A DNA stretch of 64,000 nucleotides from Candidatus Uhrbacteria bacterium CG_4_9_14_3_um_filter_41_35. Lineage in GTDB: Bacteria > Patescibacteriota > Patescibacteriia > UBA9934. This document shows, in pieces, positions 10,066 through 20,239 of the stretch (within the stretch, counting starts at the first letter, position 1; each line of letters begins with the position of its first letter). Under the pieces are notes generated by a model that saw only the letters and a program-made list of their open reading frames with translations, did no database searches and was not told where the DNA came from. Position numbers and translations under genes: made by a program. The stretch covers positions 26,859 through 90,858 of the forward strand of contig PFWT01000007.1 of NCBI GenBank assembly GCA_002791275.1, written 5' to 3'.

Positions 10066-11463
10066 TTAAATATCTAGCTTAATATGCACATCCTGAAGTG
10101 CTGTACTTGGCATTGCGCTTGGTGCATCCATCATATGATCGCGTGCGTTTCCGTCCTTTGGAAAGACGATCACTTCTCGGATATTTGGCTCATTTTGTAA
10201 TATCGCAACAATTCGATCCATTCCAAAGGCAATTCCTCCATGAGGTGGTGCGCCATATTCAAAAGCTTTCAACATATGACCGAACTGATCATTGATTTGC
10301 TTTTCTGAATGCCCGATGATTTCAAGCACTGATTTGAGTGCCTCGGGTCGGTGATTTCGAATAGACCCACCACCAATTTCAAAACCGTTCAAACAAATAT
10401 CGTACTGTGTTGTAATAATCTCCCCAATATTTTCCTTATTGAGCAGCTCTTGCATCTGATCAGGTTTCGGTGCACTGAAAGGATTATGCGTAAATGTCCA
10501 ATGACCATCCCCACCTTTTTCAAAGAAAGGAAAGTCCACCACCCAACAAAACGCTAATAAATTTGGATCGTTTTTATCCGCTCGAATATCCGGACGGTCT
10601 GTACCATATTTTTTCATAGCCTCAGCATAAGAAATGCGTGGGAATGGTTTTTCCTGAATTTTCTTGTTAGGGTACAGCGTCTCCACTGTTTCAATGAGTA
10701 ATCGCTCAATAACATCCATTACATCTTCTTGCTCCACAAAACTCATCTCTAAGTCCATCTGTGTAAACTCCGGCTGACGATCGCCACGCTGGTCTTCGTC
10801 TCTAAAACATCGAGCCATCTGGTAATAACGTTCAACTCCCGCCACCATCAGCAACTGCTTAAACTGTTGCGGTGACTGTGGTAGTACGTAAAATGTTCCT
10901 TCGTGCAGTCTTGAAGGCACCATAAACTCACGAGCACCTTCTGGGGTTCCTTTGGTTAGCATCGGTGTCTCAACTTCCACGAACTGCTCCTTATCAAGAA
11001 AACCACGCATGTACTGAAAAATTGAATTTCTCATCCGTAAGTTCTTAGCCATACGCTCGGTTCGAAGATCCAAATATTTATATTTCATACGTGAATCCTC
11101 ACCAATACCAAAAGTGTCTTTATCAAGTTCAAACGGTGGAGTTTTTGCTTCATTTAAAACTTTAATGTTTTTTGCAAGCAGTTCAACTGTACCGGTGATA
11201 ATTTTATTATTCACCTGCTTGGCACTTCTAGTCTGCACAACTCCCTCTATTTCAACCACCCATTCTGATCGCAGTGAACTGGCAACAGCATAACCCTCCT
11301 CGCCAAGATCACTAGGCACTGCCACGATTTGGAGCAATCCGTCTTTGTCGCGAAGATCGAAAAAGATAACTTTTCCCATATCTCGCCTAGCATGAATCCA
11401 ACCTGCCACTTTTACTGTTTCTCCGGCCTTTAAAACCGTTTCCGATGTAAATATTCTGCGCAT
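10066..11463 (-). CDS. aspS: Aspartate--tRNA ligase, short form lacking the bacterial GAD insertion
   Basis: N-terminal OB fold; class II motif 2 FRDEDQRGDRQPEFTQMDLEMSF; motif 3 GMDRIVAIL. Only 465 aa, against ~590 aa for typical bacterial AspRS. Confidence 0.8.
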   Translation of the reverse strand: MRRIFTSETVLKAGETVKVAGWIHARRDMGKVIFFDLRDKDGLLQIVAVPSDLGEEGYAVASSLRSEWVVEIEGVVQTRSAKQVNNKIITGTVELLAKNIKVLNEAKTPPFELDKDTFGIGEDSRMKYKYLDLRTERMAKNLRMRNSIFQYMRGFLDKEQFVEVETPMLTKGTPEGAREFMVPSRLHEGTFYVLPQSPQQFKQLLMVAGVERYYQMARCFRDEDQRGDRQPEFTQMDLEMSFVEQEDVMDVIERLLIETVETLYPNKKIQEKPFPRISYAEAMKKYGTDRPDIRADKNDPNLLAFCWVVDFPFFEKGGDGHWTFTHNPFSAPKPDQMQELLNKENIGEIITTQYDICLNGFEIGGGSIRNHRPEALKSVLEIIGHSEKQINDQFGHMLKAFEYGAPPHGGIAFGMDRIVAILQNEPNIREVIVFPKDGNARDHMMDAPSAMPSTALQDVHIKLDI

Positions 11464-11538
11464 AACCGATAGTTTAATGTTGTCGCACCTTAAGGACGCG
11501 CAACCCCTTTTTAATTTTATATTAACAATACTCCTACA

Positions 11539-12348
11539 TTACACGCTTTCTGGCTGGAATTCAAGCTCAACATCCGCCAAGATTCCCTCCCAAAATGGCC
11601 TATCATATCTACCAGGTAAGTGAAACGAAACTAAATCATGGACCATATTTGCAAACGACTCCATATGAACACCAGATAGCGCCAGGCGAATTAGGTCCTC
11701 GTATCTTGAGTCTCTTGCAAAGCGAAGTAATTTTATAACATCGTCCTCAATATTTCTCGCTGTAAACCATTCCTCTTTATCTGCACTCACACAGTCTGAA
11801 CAAACTAGACCACCCTTTCCTGCGTGCCACCTAAAATCAGATGGCGCAATTTCATTTCTACAAGCTAAACAGTTTACAAGTTCAACATCGTAACCCGATC
11901 GCTTCATTAGTTTTAACAAAAAAGCCCCTAGTAAAAATGTCGATCGAGTTGCGCTAAAATCTCTGCCTACATTTAAAAAACTTAGCCAATCAACTAAATC
12001 TTGATAAGAAGCCTGATCATCCGTCAATTCATGCGTATATCTATTTAGCAAAATTAACGATGACTGAGCTAGTAGTCGAGTACTAAGTTCATTACTGATT
12101 TTTTTAAAAGTAAACTGTCGATCAACCGAGATAACCGTTGTGCTGTGCTGCCCCCTTATTATTTCAACGTCCACAACAGCAAACGGTTCCAGATGACTGG
12201 CAAGCTTCGCAAGTCCTTTTTGCGCCCCTCGACCTATAATCTCAAGCTTTCCGTGTGTTGGTGTTAAAATATTATAAGCTCGGTCCGCCTCCCTTACTGG
12301 CACAACTGTCAAAACGATACCTTCTGTTTTTATTGACGACCAACTCAT
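11539..12348 (-). CDS. recO: DNA repair protein RecO
   Basis: N-terminal OB-fold region plus Cys4 zinc finger (CLACRNE...CSDC). ~269 aa. Confidence 0.65.
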   Translation of the reverse strand: MSWSSIKTEGIVLTVVPVREADRAYNILTPTHGKLEIIGRGAQKGLAKLASHLEPFAVVDVEIIRGQHSTTVISVDRQFTFKKISNELSTRLLAQSSLILLNRYTHELTDDQASYQDLVDWLSFLNVGRDFSATRSTFLLGAFLLKLMKRSGYDVELVNCLACRNEIAPSDFRWHAGKGGLVCSDCVSADKEEWFTARNIEDDVIKLLRFARDSRYEDLIRLALSGVHMESFANMVHDLVSFHLPGRYDRPFWEGILADVELEFQPESV

Positions 12349-12386
12349 AGTTCAAATTCTTCAAAAAGAAATAATTAGAAATTAAT

Positions 12387-12794
12387 CTAATTATTATCAA
12401 AATAGCTCTGTAAAATCAGCATCGCAGAAAGTGCATCTTCCTCTGCTTCAGCTCCATATTCAGATTTTAAACGTTGGCTTTCGGCCGATGTAAATCGCTC
12501 GTCAACTTCGTGAACGACAACGCCAGAAGCAACCCGTAAATTTTCTATAAACTTTTTCGTGATATCGAGTTGATCAGAAGAATAATCACCTGATTTTAGA
12601 GGCACTCCAACTACTACTTCATCCACGCCTTCAGCATTTATTAACTTCAAAACCTCGTTAACACCTTCAACACCCTCCTGCCCTTTTGTCTTCTTAAGAT
12701 AAAGCACCTCAACCGGCATCGCCACCTTTGTTTCACTGTCACCAAGCGCTATTCCAATTTTCCGTAAGCCAAAGTCAATACCAATATATCGCAT
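12387..12794 (-). CDS. ruvX: Holliday junction resolvase-like protein RuvX/YqgF
   Basis: MRYIGIDFGLRKIGIALGD N-terminus; 135 aa. Confidence 0.8.
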   Translation of the reverse strand: MRYIGIDFGLRKIGIALGDSETKVAMPVEVLYLKKTKGQEGVEGVNEVLKLINAEGVDEVVVGVPLKSGDYSSDQLDITKKFIENLRVASGVVVHEVDERFTSAESQRLKSEYGAEAEEDALSAMLILQSYFDNN

Positions 12795-12795
12795 A

Positions 12796-13302
12796 CTATT
12801 CTATATTTTCATTAACGTTCGGCATGTTCTGAGCCTCCTCTGAACCTGGAATTACTAAATGCGCTGCATCTGGTTGAGCTATGAAGTCTGGTCTAACAAC
12901 CTCTTCATTCACCTTCACTGGTAAATCTTTCATTGTTTCGTAAACTTTATCACCGTTATCTGCGTGCAATAAAGTGATATACATATAACCTGGCAACATC
13001 TCTTGCTCCAGATTAATTACAATATCCGAATGCTCCCCTGCTTCCAAATACTCGGATGTTCCGATGATATCCGCCGGTGATCTACCAAGTGCTTCGTGAA
13101 TGGTAATAAAGCCAGGCGCTGCCAGAGAAGCACTTAAAGTAACGGTATTTAACGTATTTTGATCAGAAACTGTAATTAAACCACCACCAACATCAACTGG
13201 TCTGTAAGGCAAAACCTTTTCGTTGCTTGAACTTAAGAAGAAAAATCCAGCCGCAACCAAAAAGCCAACAATACCAAGTAAATACAATAAATCTTTTTTC
13301 AT
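12796..13302 (-). CDS. Hypothetical N-terminally anchored protein
   Basis: 168 aa; signal-anchor LLYLLGIVGFLVAAGFFFL followed by a soluble domain. Confidence 0.45.
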   Translation of the reverse strand: MKKDLLYLLGIVGFLVAAGFFFLSSSNEKVLPYRPVDVGGGLITVSDQNTLNTVTLSASLAAPGFITIHEALGRSPADIIGTSEYLEAGEHSDIVINLEQEMLPGYMYITLLHADNGDKVYETMKDLPVKVNEEVVRPDFIAQPDAAHLVIPGSEEAQNMPNVNENIE

Positions 13303-13322
13303 ACTAACTGAATATACCTTAT

Positions 13323-14099
13323 TTAGATTTTTACTTCTGGTAGTGGCGTTAGAATTTCGTAGCCAGCCTCGGTAACCGCGACTGTCACTTCAAAGTGACT
13401 AGCGTCCGAACCGTCTTCAGTTACAATCGTCCAACCGTCTTCATCTGTTGCGATTTCTTTAGAACCTGTTGTAACCGTCGGTTCAATCGCTAAACACATC
13501 CCCTTTTTAATCTTTACTTTTGGAAACTGTTTTGTTTTGTAGTTAGGAATATGCGGATACTCATGCACAGCATGACCTACACCGTGGCCAACTAAAGCCT
13601 CGATTATCCCGTACTTTTTTGTGTCTACCGCAGACTCAACCGCTGTTCCAATATCCGAAATAAATGCTCCTGGCTTAATCACTTCAAGACCTGCATAAAG
13701 TGAATCTCTCGTGGTTCGCAGTAATGCCTTCCGTTCTTTACTGATATTGCCGATCGGTACCGTAACTGCCATATCTGTTGCTAAATTATGTAGCCAGAGT
13801 CCAATGTCGAGTCCAACAATGTCGCCCTCTTCAAGCACAATATCACGCTCACCTATACCGTGAACGATCTCATCATTTTTTGAAATGCAAAGAGTAGATG
13901 GGAATGGATCAGCACCACCGTAGCCCTTAAACGAGGGTACACCACCGCCTGCGCGAATAACACGTTCAGCTTCAGCGTCTAGCTCTCGCATAGTAACACC
14001 TGGTTTTGCCATATCTACTGCAGACTGTAGAGCCTTTGAAAGCAAGGCGCCTCCCTCGCGCATTTTCGCTATTTCATCGTCTGTTTTAATAAGTGCCAT
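13323..14099 (-). CDS. map: Methionine aminopeptidase type I
   Basis: 258 aa with the M24 fold residues (D..D..H..E..E pattern) and typical length. Confidence 0.9.
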   Translation of the reverse strand: MALIKTDDEIAKMREGGALLSKALQSAVDMAKPGVTMRELDAEAERVIRAGGGVPSFKGYGGADPFPSTLCISKNDEIVHGIGERDIVLEEGDIVGLDIGLWLHNLATDMAVTVPIGNISKERKALLRTTRDSLYAGLEVIKPGAFISDIGTAVESAVDTKKYGIIEALVGHGVGHAVHEYPHIPNYKTKQFPKVKIKKGMCLAIEPTVTTGSKEIATDEDGWTIVTEDGSDASHFEVTVAVTEAGYEILTPLPEVKI

Positions 14100-14111
14100 A
14101 GTGAATCTTAG

Positions 14112-14666
14112 CTAGATTACAAGTGCTTCTTCTATCCGCTCTTCAACCTCTTCCATTGTTCCCATTCCGTCGATGACTTTTAACACACCTTGCGACTTAA
14201 ATAGTTCAAGGACTGGTTTTGTTTCTTCTTCGTAAATTTCAAGTCTGCGTTTAATCTGCTCTGGTTCGTCATCTGCTCTCTTTTCAATATCAGCTCGACG
14301 CGCTAGTCGACGCATTGACTCGTCAAGCGGAACATTGATTAATATAACCGCTGTTGGCATATCAAAAGCTTTAAAAGCATTGTATTGCTCAACGTTCCGA
14401 GGATAGCCGTCCAAAATATAACCGTCCTGCGCATCCGCTTGTTCTAGTCTTTTCTTAAGAATTCTTAAAGCGAGTTCATCTGAAACAAGCTCTCCATCCT
14501 CATAAATGACTTTTGAGATCTCTTTGCCAAGCTCACCACCTTCAGTAATCTGATCCCGAAGCAATTGCCCCATAGACAATGCTGGAATACCTAATTTTTG
14601 ACTTAACCTTGTTGCCTGAGTTCCTTTACCGCTTCCCTGAGGTCCAGCAATAAGTATCTTCTGCAT
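14112..14666 (-). CDS. adk: Adenylate kinase (short type)
   Basis: P-loop GPQGSGKGTQA; 184 aa. Confidence 0.9.
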   Translation of the reverse strand: MQKILIAGPQGSGKGTQATRLSQKLGIPALSMGQLLRDQITEGGELGKEISKVIYEDGELVSDELALRILKKRLEQADAQDGYILDGYPRNVEQYNAFKAFDMPTAVILINVPLDESMRRLARRADIEKRADDEPEQIKRRLEIYEEETKPVLELFKSQGVLKVIDGMGTMEEVEERIEEALVI

Positions 14667-14668
14667 AA

Positions 14669-14908
14669 TTATTTTTCCGATTCAAACATATTATTTAAAA
14701 TATCTCTTCTGTGGCTACTACTAATTAGGTAAGCAGCTTCAAGATGCCTAAGTACATTATCAACATCCCGAGGACCAATCAAGCCCAGGCGGCGAGATAG
14801 AATAATAATTGCTGATTCAACAAGTTTTCTCTGATAAGTATTCATTCCTATCCGGTAGATCACTCGTTGAATAGCGCTTTCGTTAAAAGATTTTCTTTGT
14901 TCTGCCAT
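14669..14908 (-). CDS. Hypothetical 79-aa protein between secY and adk
   Basis: ORF packed tightly between conserved genes. No recognisable motif. Confidence 0.35.
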   Translation of the reverse strand: MAEQRKSFNESAIQRVIYRIGMNTYQRKLVESAIIILSRRLGLIGPRDVDNVLRHLEAAYLISSSHRRDILNNMFESEK

Positions 14909-14977
14909 ATGCTATAGTATAGCTATTTTTTAAAACTTTTGAAACAAAAGAACAGACCTGAGTCCGTTCTTTTATGT

Positions 14978-16241
14978 TTAATACTGTCGCATTGTGATCT
15001 GAGATTCAATCTGTTTAATCATGTCGATAACCACCGCCACGATAATTAAGATACTTGCTCCGCCGACCACCAAATTCTGTTGACCAGTGAAGGCCTGAAC
15101 AATAAGCGGTAAAACCGCAATACCACCCAAGAATACTGCACCAGTTAACAAAATCCTGTTTTTTACCCAGTTTAGATAATTGGCTGTTTGTTCACCTGGT
15201 CGAATTCCAGGAATAAAGCCACCCTGTTTTTGTAAATTCTCCGCCACCTGTTCTGGTTTGAAAACCACAGACGCGTAGAAAAATGTGAAGGTAAATACTA
15301 GCAAGAAGTAGAGAACTCCATAGAATACTCCATTTCCGAAAAGTTGCAGTACAAACGTTGCAGCATTTCTCAAGAATTCAGTTCTAGCTTCAAGGAAGAA
15401 CTGTGCAATTAGTGGCGGGAAAACAATGATAGCAATTGCGAAAATGATTGGAATCATTCCACCCATATTTATTCGTAACGGCAAATGTGACATTACTTTT
15501 CCAGCCCCACCTCGTGCATACTGAACTGGGATATTTCGTTGCCCTTCATTAATAATTACCACGGTAACCACGGTTACCAATGTTAATAAAACGAAGAGTA
15601 AAATATCACCTAAAGAATCACGTGTATATGTTGAAGCTACTTGCTGAAGGAAGGTTGGGAATCCGGAAATAATTCCAGCTAGAATCATAATTGAAATACC
15701 GTTTCCAACTCCTCGTTCGCTAATTAGCTCACCAATCCACATCAAGAAAATCGTTCCAGCGGTCATAGAAATGAGCGCAACGATTAGGCCAAAACCTGAT
15801 AGATCAAAACTTGCTGTACTTCCAAGAACACCTCCAAGCCCCTGCTGACTGAAGATTGAAATTAGACCATAACCCTGAACAAGTGCTAACGGCACGGTTG
15901 CAAGACGAGTCCATCTGTTAATCTTCTGTCGACCAGATTCTTCTTTTTGCATCTCCTCAATTTGAGGAAAAATCATCCCAAGAAGCTGAAAAATAATCGA
16001 ACTTGTGATGTAAGGAGCAATTCCCATTGCCACAATCGAGAAATTCTCAAGTGTTCCACCTGAAAACACGTTTAGAAGCCCAAGAAATTGGTTAGAATTT
16101 AAAAACTCAGCCAATCCTGCAGGATTTATACCAGGAACAGTAATATGAGCAGCTACTCGAAATATTGTTAGAGCAAAAAGAATGTAGAATAAACTATTTC
16201 TGAGCTCTTTTGTTTTCCAAATACGCTTAATAGTATCCATG
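14978..16241 (-). CDS. secY: Preprotein translocase subunit SecY
   Basis: 10-TM protein with conserved SecY segments (GISIMILAGI, plug region). The internal ATG (MDTIKRIWK) at ~16241 is preferred over the track start at 16300. Confidence 0.9.
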
Positions 16242-16352
16242 TTCATAAATGATTCTATACTAGGTCTAGTTAGTAGGTTAAAGTTTACAACTTTACGCAC
16301 CGGTTAAGAAACGCGAAGTGGATAACTGAAACCTACTGTCTCTACCCTTTTA

Positions 16353-16790
16353 TTAAGCAATAATCTCTCCGCCAGCTTTCAAGATCTTTTCCGCAGCACT
16401 CTTTGAAACTAAACATCCTTGAACCTTAACAGCGATAGTAATTTCACCGTTTCCAAGAATCTTAACCCCATCCTTTGCCTCTCGAACAAGACCTGACTTT
16501 TCAATTTTCTTTGGTGTAAGCACATCTCCAACCTTAAAGCTCTTTTCAATAGCTGAAAGATTTATAACGCCATTCTTAGCATGTGGAGATTTGAATCCTC
16601 GAAGTTTTGGTGTTGAAAGAACTGTCTTCTTCATTCCAAGTCTTTTCAGACCACCAACTCCTGATCGAGATTTCTGTCCTTTCTGCCCACGTCCAGCAGT
16701 TGTTCCAGTTGAACCTAAACCACGACCAACTCGTTTTTTAAGTTTCTTTGAACCTTTTTTTGGTTGTAAATTATGGAGTGTAATTGTCAT
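16353..16790 (-). CDS. rplO: 50S ribosomal protein L15
   Basis: MTITLHNLQPKKGSKK..RVGRG. Confidence 0.9.
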   Translation of the reverse strand: MTITLHNLQPKKGSKKLKKRVGRGLGSTGTTAGRGQKGQKSRSGVGGLKRLGMKKTVLSTPKLRGFKSPHAKNGVINLSAIEKSFKVGDVLTPKKIEKSGLVREAKDGVKILGNGEITIAVKVQGCLVSKSAAEKILKAGGEIIA

Positions 16791-16798
16791 ATATTAGC

Positions 16799-17488
16799 TT
16801 AAGCCTTAGCTTCTACTGTTTTCTCCTCTTTTACCATTACAACCTTCTCCTCTACATCCTTAAAAGAACGCAAAGCGGCAAATGTAGCCTTGGCAATATT
16901 AATTTTGTTGCTTGATCCTAAAATCTTTGAAACAGCATTTGGTACTCCAGCAAGCTCAAGAACCAATCGCACAGCTCCGCCAGATTTAAGTCCGGTTCCT
17001 TCTGGTGCTGGTTTTAGCATAACCTTTGCAGCTCCAGACTTCACCAAGATTTCATGAGGAATTGTTTCGTTGTAAATTGGTACGGTTACAAGGTTTTTCT
17101 TTGCCTGACTGAATGCCTTTTCAACAGATTGGGCAACGTCAACTCCCTTTGCAACTCCCATTCCAACTCGACCCTTCTTATCACCGATAATAAGACAAGT
17201 TCGGAAACGCATTCGTTTTCCACCTTTAGTCACACGAGTAACTCGAGCTAAGTCTAGGATTTTCTGTTCAAATTCTCGAACTTCCCGAGGCTTTTGTTCT
17301 CGTCGACCCTTTCGACCAGCGCCAGTTCCACGTTGATCTCCAGCTTTTCGGTGATCTCCAGCTTTTCTCTGATCACCAGACTTTCGCTGATCCCCAGTCT
17401 TTCGGTGGTCTCCAGCTTTTCTCTGATCACCAGTTTTTCGCTGATCCCCGGTCTTGTGAGTAACCTTTTTATTTGTAGTATTTTCCAT
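16799..17488 (-). CDS. rpsE: 30S ribosomal protein S5 with ~60-aa N-terminal hexapeptide-repeat extension
   Basis: C-terminal 165 aa is canonical S5 (dsRBD + S5 C-domain). N-terminus carries seven copies of K(T/A/S)GD(Q/H)R. Confidence 0.85.
   Translation of the reverse strand: MENTTNKKVTHKTGDQRKTGDQRKAGDHRKTGDQRKSGDQRKAGDHRKAGDQRGTGAGRKGRREQKPREVREFEQKILDLARVTRVTKGGKRMRFRTCLIIGDKKGRVGMGVAKGVDVAQSVEKAFSQAKKNLVTVPIYNETIPHEILVKSGAAKVMLKPAPEGTGLKSGGAVRLVLELAGVPNAVSKILGSSNKINIAKATFAALRSFKDVEEKVVMVKEEKTVEAKA
17330..17457 (-). repeat. 18-nt tandem repeat (x7) inside the rpsE 5' region
   Basis: gatctccagcttttcggt / gatcaccagactttcgct ... units seen directly in the DNA. They encode the KTGDQR hexapeptide array. 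Confidence 0.7.
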
Positions 17489-17491
17489 AGA

Positions 17492-17851
17492 CTAAAATTC
17501 TAAACCACCTTCTCGCGCACCCTCTGCTAGAGATTTTACACGACCGTGATATTGATAAGATCCTCTATCAAAAACTACTGTCTTGATACCAGCAGCGATT
17601 GCCAACTTAGCAATTTCTGCTCCAACTAGGCCAGCAATTTCAACTGGTTTCTTGCCCTTTGTATCAACCTTCAAATCTGAAGAAGAAACAAGAGTTTTTC
17701 CAGCTACATCATCAATTGCCTGAACAGAAATATGTTTAGCAGTTCGAAAAACTGACAATCTAGGACGTAGAGAGGTACCCTGAACACGAGCACGTGTTCG
17801 GTTTGCCCTTCTAAATTTACTTTCGTGTTTTTGTTTTATTGAAGTTGTCAT
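17492..17851 (-). CDS. rplR: 50S ribosomal protein L18
   Basis: 119 aa; typical L18 with RLSVFRT motif. Confidence 0.9.
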   Translation of the reverse strand: MTTSIKQKHESKFRRANRTRARVQGTSLRPRLSVFRTAKHISVQAIDDVAGKTLVSSSDLKVDTKGKKPVEIAGLVGAEIAKLAIAAGIKTVVFDRGSYQYHGRVKSLAEGAREGGLEF

Positions 17852-17856
17852 AGAGA

Positions 17857-18404
17857 TTAATCAGATTTCGCTGCCTTACCTACCTTTCGGCGGATCACCT
17901 CATCGGTGTATCTAAAACCTTTTCCTTTATACGGTTCTGGTTTCTTAAGTGATCGAATTTCTGAAGCAACTTTTCCTACAAGCTGTTTATCAATTCCAGC
18001 AATTGTAAGTACTAAACCTTCAAGACTTGCGTTGATTCCTTCTGGAAGTGCGTATCGTACTTCATGAGAAAATCCAAGACTCATAACAAGAACGGCACCG
18101 TCTAGGTTCATTTTAAAACCAACTCCGTTCAATTCAAGTTTTTTGCTCCAACCAGTCACAACTCCTTCAACCATATTCTGTAGAAGAGCGCGCATAGTTC
18201 CCCAAATAGCACCATTATTCTCGTTTAAAAGAGTAACGATAAGTGCATCACCAGAACCTTCAATTGTTTCCTGCTTTACTTCTGTTTGTGGGTTAATTGT
18301 TACCTTAAGTTCTCCTTTTGGACCTTTAACAATCACCTCAGAGTCTGAGATAGTTGCGGTCACTCCTTCTGGGAGGAAAACTGGTTTTTTTCCGATTCTT
18401 GACA
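17857..18404 (-). CDS. rplF: 50S ribosomal protein L6
   Basis: MSRIGKKPV start (internal to the track ORF); two L6 repeats. Confidence 0.9.
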
Positions 18405-18406
18405 TA

Positions 18407-18799
18407 TTAGTATATTTCGCAAATAACCTCTCCGCCAAGACTTCGCTTTCGAGCTTCCCCGTTAGTCATAAGTCCGTTAGGAGTTGAGATAATAGCAAGT
18501 CCCATACCAGAAAGAACTCGAGACAATTCGCTTGACTTCACGTAAACGCGTCGTCCTGGTTTACTTATTCTTTTAACTGATGAGATTGCTGGCACTTTTC
18601 CATCAAACTTAAGGTTGATGTACAAAGTTTTTCTCACTCCATCAGTTTCTTCTTTTACTGTTTCAACATACCCTTCACTTTCCAAGATTTTTGCAAGTGC
18701 AAATTTAATCTTTGATGAAGGCATCTCAATGAGGCGCTTTCCAACCATGGAAGCGTTCCGGATACGTGTTAACATGTCTGAAATTGGATCTGTCATCAT
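18407..18799 (-). CDS. rpsH: 30S ribosomal protein S8
   Basis: MTDPISDMLTRIRNA start (internal Met). Confidence 0.9.
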   Translation of the reverse strand: MMTDPISDMLTRIRNASMVGKRLIEMPSSKIKFALAKILESEGYVETVKEETDGVRKTLYINLKFDGKVPAISSVKRISKPGRRVYVKSSELSRVLSGMGLAIISTPNGLMTNGEARKRSLGGEVICEIY

Positions 18800-18803
18800 A
18801 AAT

Positions 18804-18989
18804 TTACCAACTTGCTTTTTTAATACCTGGAACCTCACCGCGACTAGCTAACTCTCTAAAACAAATACGACATGTGCCAAAAGCTCTCATAAAGTATCTA
18901 TTTCGTCCGCATTTCCAGCAACGGTTAACTTTTCGAGACATGAATTTTGGCTTTCTTAAAGATTTTGCAATTTGATTCTTTTTTGCCAT
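18804..18989 (-). CDS. rpsN: 30S ribosomal protein S14, zinc-binding Z type
   Basis: 61 aa with CWKCGRN..CRIC zinc ribbon. Confidence 0.9.
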   Translation of the reverse strand: MAKKNQIAKSLRKPKFMSRKVNRCWKCGRNRYFMRAFGTCRICFRELASRGEVPGIKKASW

Positions 18990-18990
18990 A

Positions 18991-19539
18991 TTATTTCACA
19001 ATCTTTTTAGTAAATGGAAACCCTAGAGCCTCAAACAGTGCAATACCTTCCTCATGAGTTTTAGCTGTTGTAGTAATATTCACCTGCAATCCGTGTAAAG
19101 CATCTGCTCCATCCGCGTGAATTTCTGGAAAAGCTACATGTTCTTTGAATCCGTAGCTAAAGTTACCATCTTTGTCAACTGCTTTAAGTGGAATACCCTG
19201 GAAGTCTCTGATACGTGGAAAAATTACGCTTACCAATTTCTCGATAAAGCTCCACATTCGTGCACTTCTTAAAGTAACCATTGCTCCTACCGGCATCCCT
19301 TCACGAACCTTGAAACCAGCAATTGATTTTCTAGCCTTAGTTACCACAGGCTCTTGCCCTGAAATACGTCGAATAGTATTTTGCAATGTTTCGATAAATT
19401 TAGCATCGCGCTTTACTGAAAGACCTGAGTTGATAGTAACCTTAAGAATCTTTGGTGTTTCCAAGATATTCTTTCGCTCAAGTTTAGTTCTGAGCTGAGG
19501 TGTAATCTCGTTTTTAAATTTTTCTTGTAGATTACTCAT
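18991..19539 (-). CDS. rplE: 50S ribosomal protein L5
   Basis: [16 protein letters not shown]... typical L5. Confidence 0.9.
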   Translation of the reverse strand: MSNLQEKFKNEITPQLRTKLERKNILETPKILKVTINSGLSVKRDAKFIETLQNTIRRISGQEPVVTKARKSIAGFKVREGMPVGAMVTLRSARMWSFIEKLVSVIFPRIRDFQGIPLKAVDKDGNFSYGFKEHVAFPEIHADGADALHGLQVNITTTAKTHEEGIALFEALGFPFTKKIVK

Positions 19540-19540
19540 A

Positions 19541-19858
19541 TTATTCAAGATCTTCATGACCTTTCTTGGTCTTTAATACACGTACTTTCTGATTCTTTCC
19601 TTCCTTGTCTAGAGTTTTATATCCAACTCGTCCAACACCATTCTTTCCTGACACTTGAACATTTGAAATATGAATTGGAGCATTATACTCAATTCGCTGT
19701 CCAGGTTGGTCACCTCGCTTCTTTAGGTGCTTAAAAGTTTTATTGATATTTTCTACGACAACTGTTTGTAACTTAGGAAATACTTGGATAACTTTTCCAG
19801 TTTTACCTTTGTCTCTTCCCGCAGTGATGCGTACGTTGTCTCCAGTTTTTACTTTCAT
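19541..19858 (-). CDS. rplX: 50S ribosomal protein L24
   Basis: MKVKTGDNVRITAGRDKGKTGKV, KOW motif. Confidence 0.9.
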   Translation of the reverse strand: MKVKTGDNVRITAGRDKGKTGKVIQVFPKLQTVVVENINKTFKHLKKRGDQPGQRIEYNAPIHISNVQVSGKNGVGRVGYKTLDKEGKNQKVRVLKTKKGHEDLE

Positions 19859-19866
19859 ACAATTAT

Positions 19867-20238
19867 TTATAGCACCTCAGGAGCAAGAGAAATGATCTTC
19901 TGAAAACCAGCGCCACGTAATTCACGTGCGATAGGTCCAAAGATTCGAGTACCCTTAGGTTCCTTGTTGTCACGGTTAATAATCACAGCTGCATTTTCGT
20001 CAAATCTGATATAAGATCCGTCCTTTCGGCGAGTCTCTTTCACCTGACGAACAATTACAGCGTGCACAATGTCACTCTTTTTTACGTTCGAGTGAGGCAC
20101 TGCTTCTTTTACAACAGCGGTTACAACATCTCCGATACGAGCGTATCGTTTCTTATATCCGCCGAGTACGCGAATAACCATAAGCTTTTTAGCTCCAGAG
20201 TTATCAGCCACTTTTAACATTGATAAGTGTTGTAACAT
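19867..20238 (-). CDS. rplN: 50S ribosomal protein L14
   Basis: [18 protein letters not shown] start (internal Met at ~20238). Confidence 0.9.
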   Translation of the reverse strand: MLQHLSMLKVADNSGAKKLMVIRVLGGYKKRYARIGDVVTAVVKEAVPHSNVKKSDIVHAVIVRQVKETRRKDGSYIRFDENAAVIINRDNKEPKGTRIFGPIARELRGAGFQKIISLAPEVL

Positions 20239-20239
20239 A

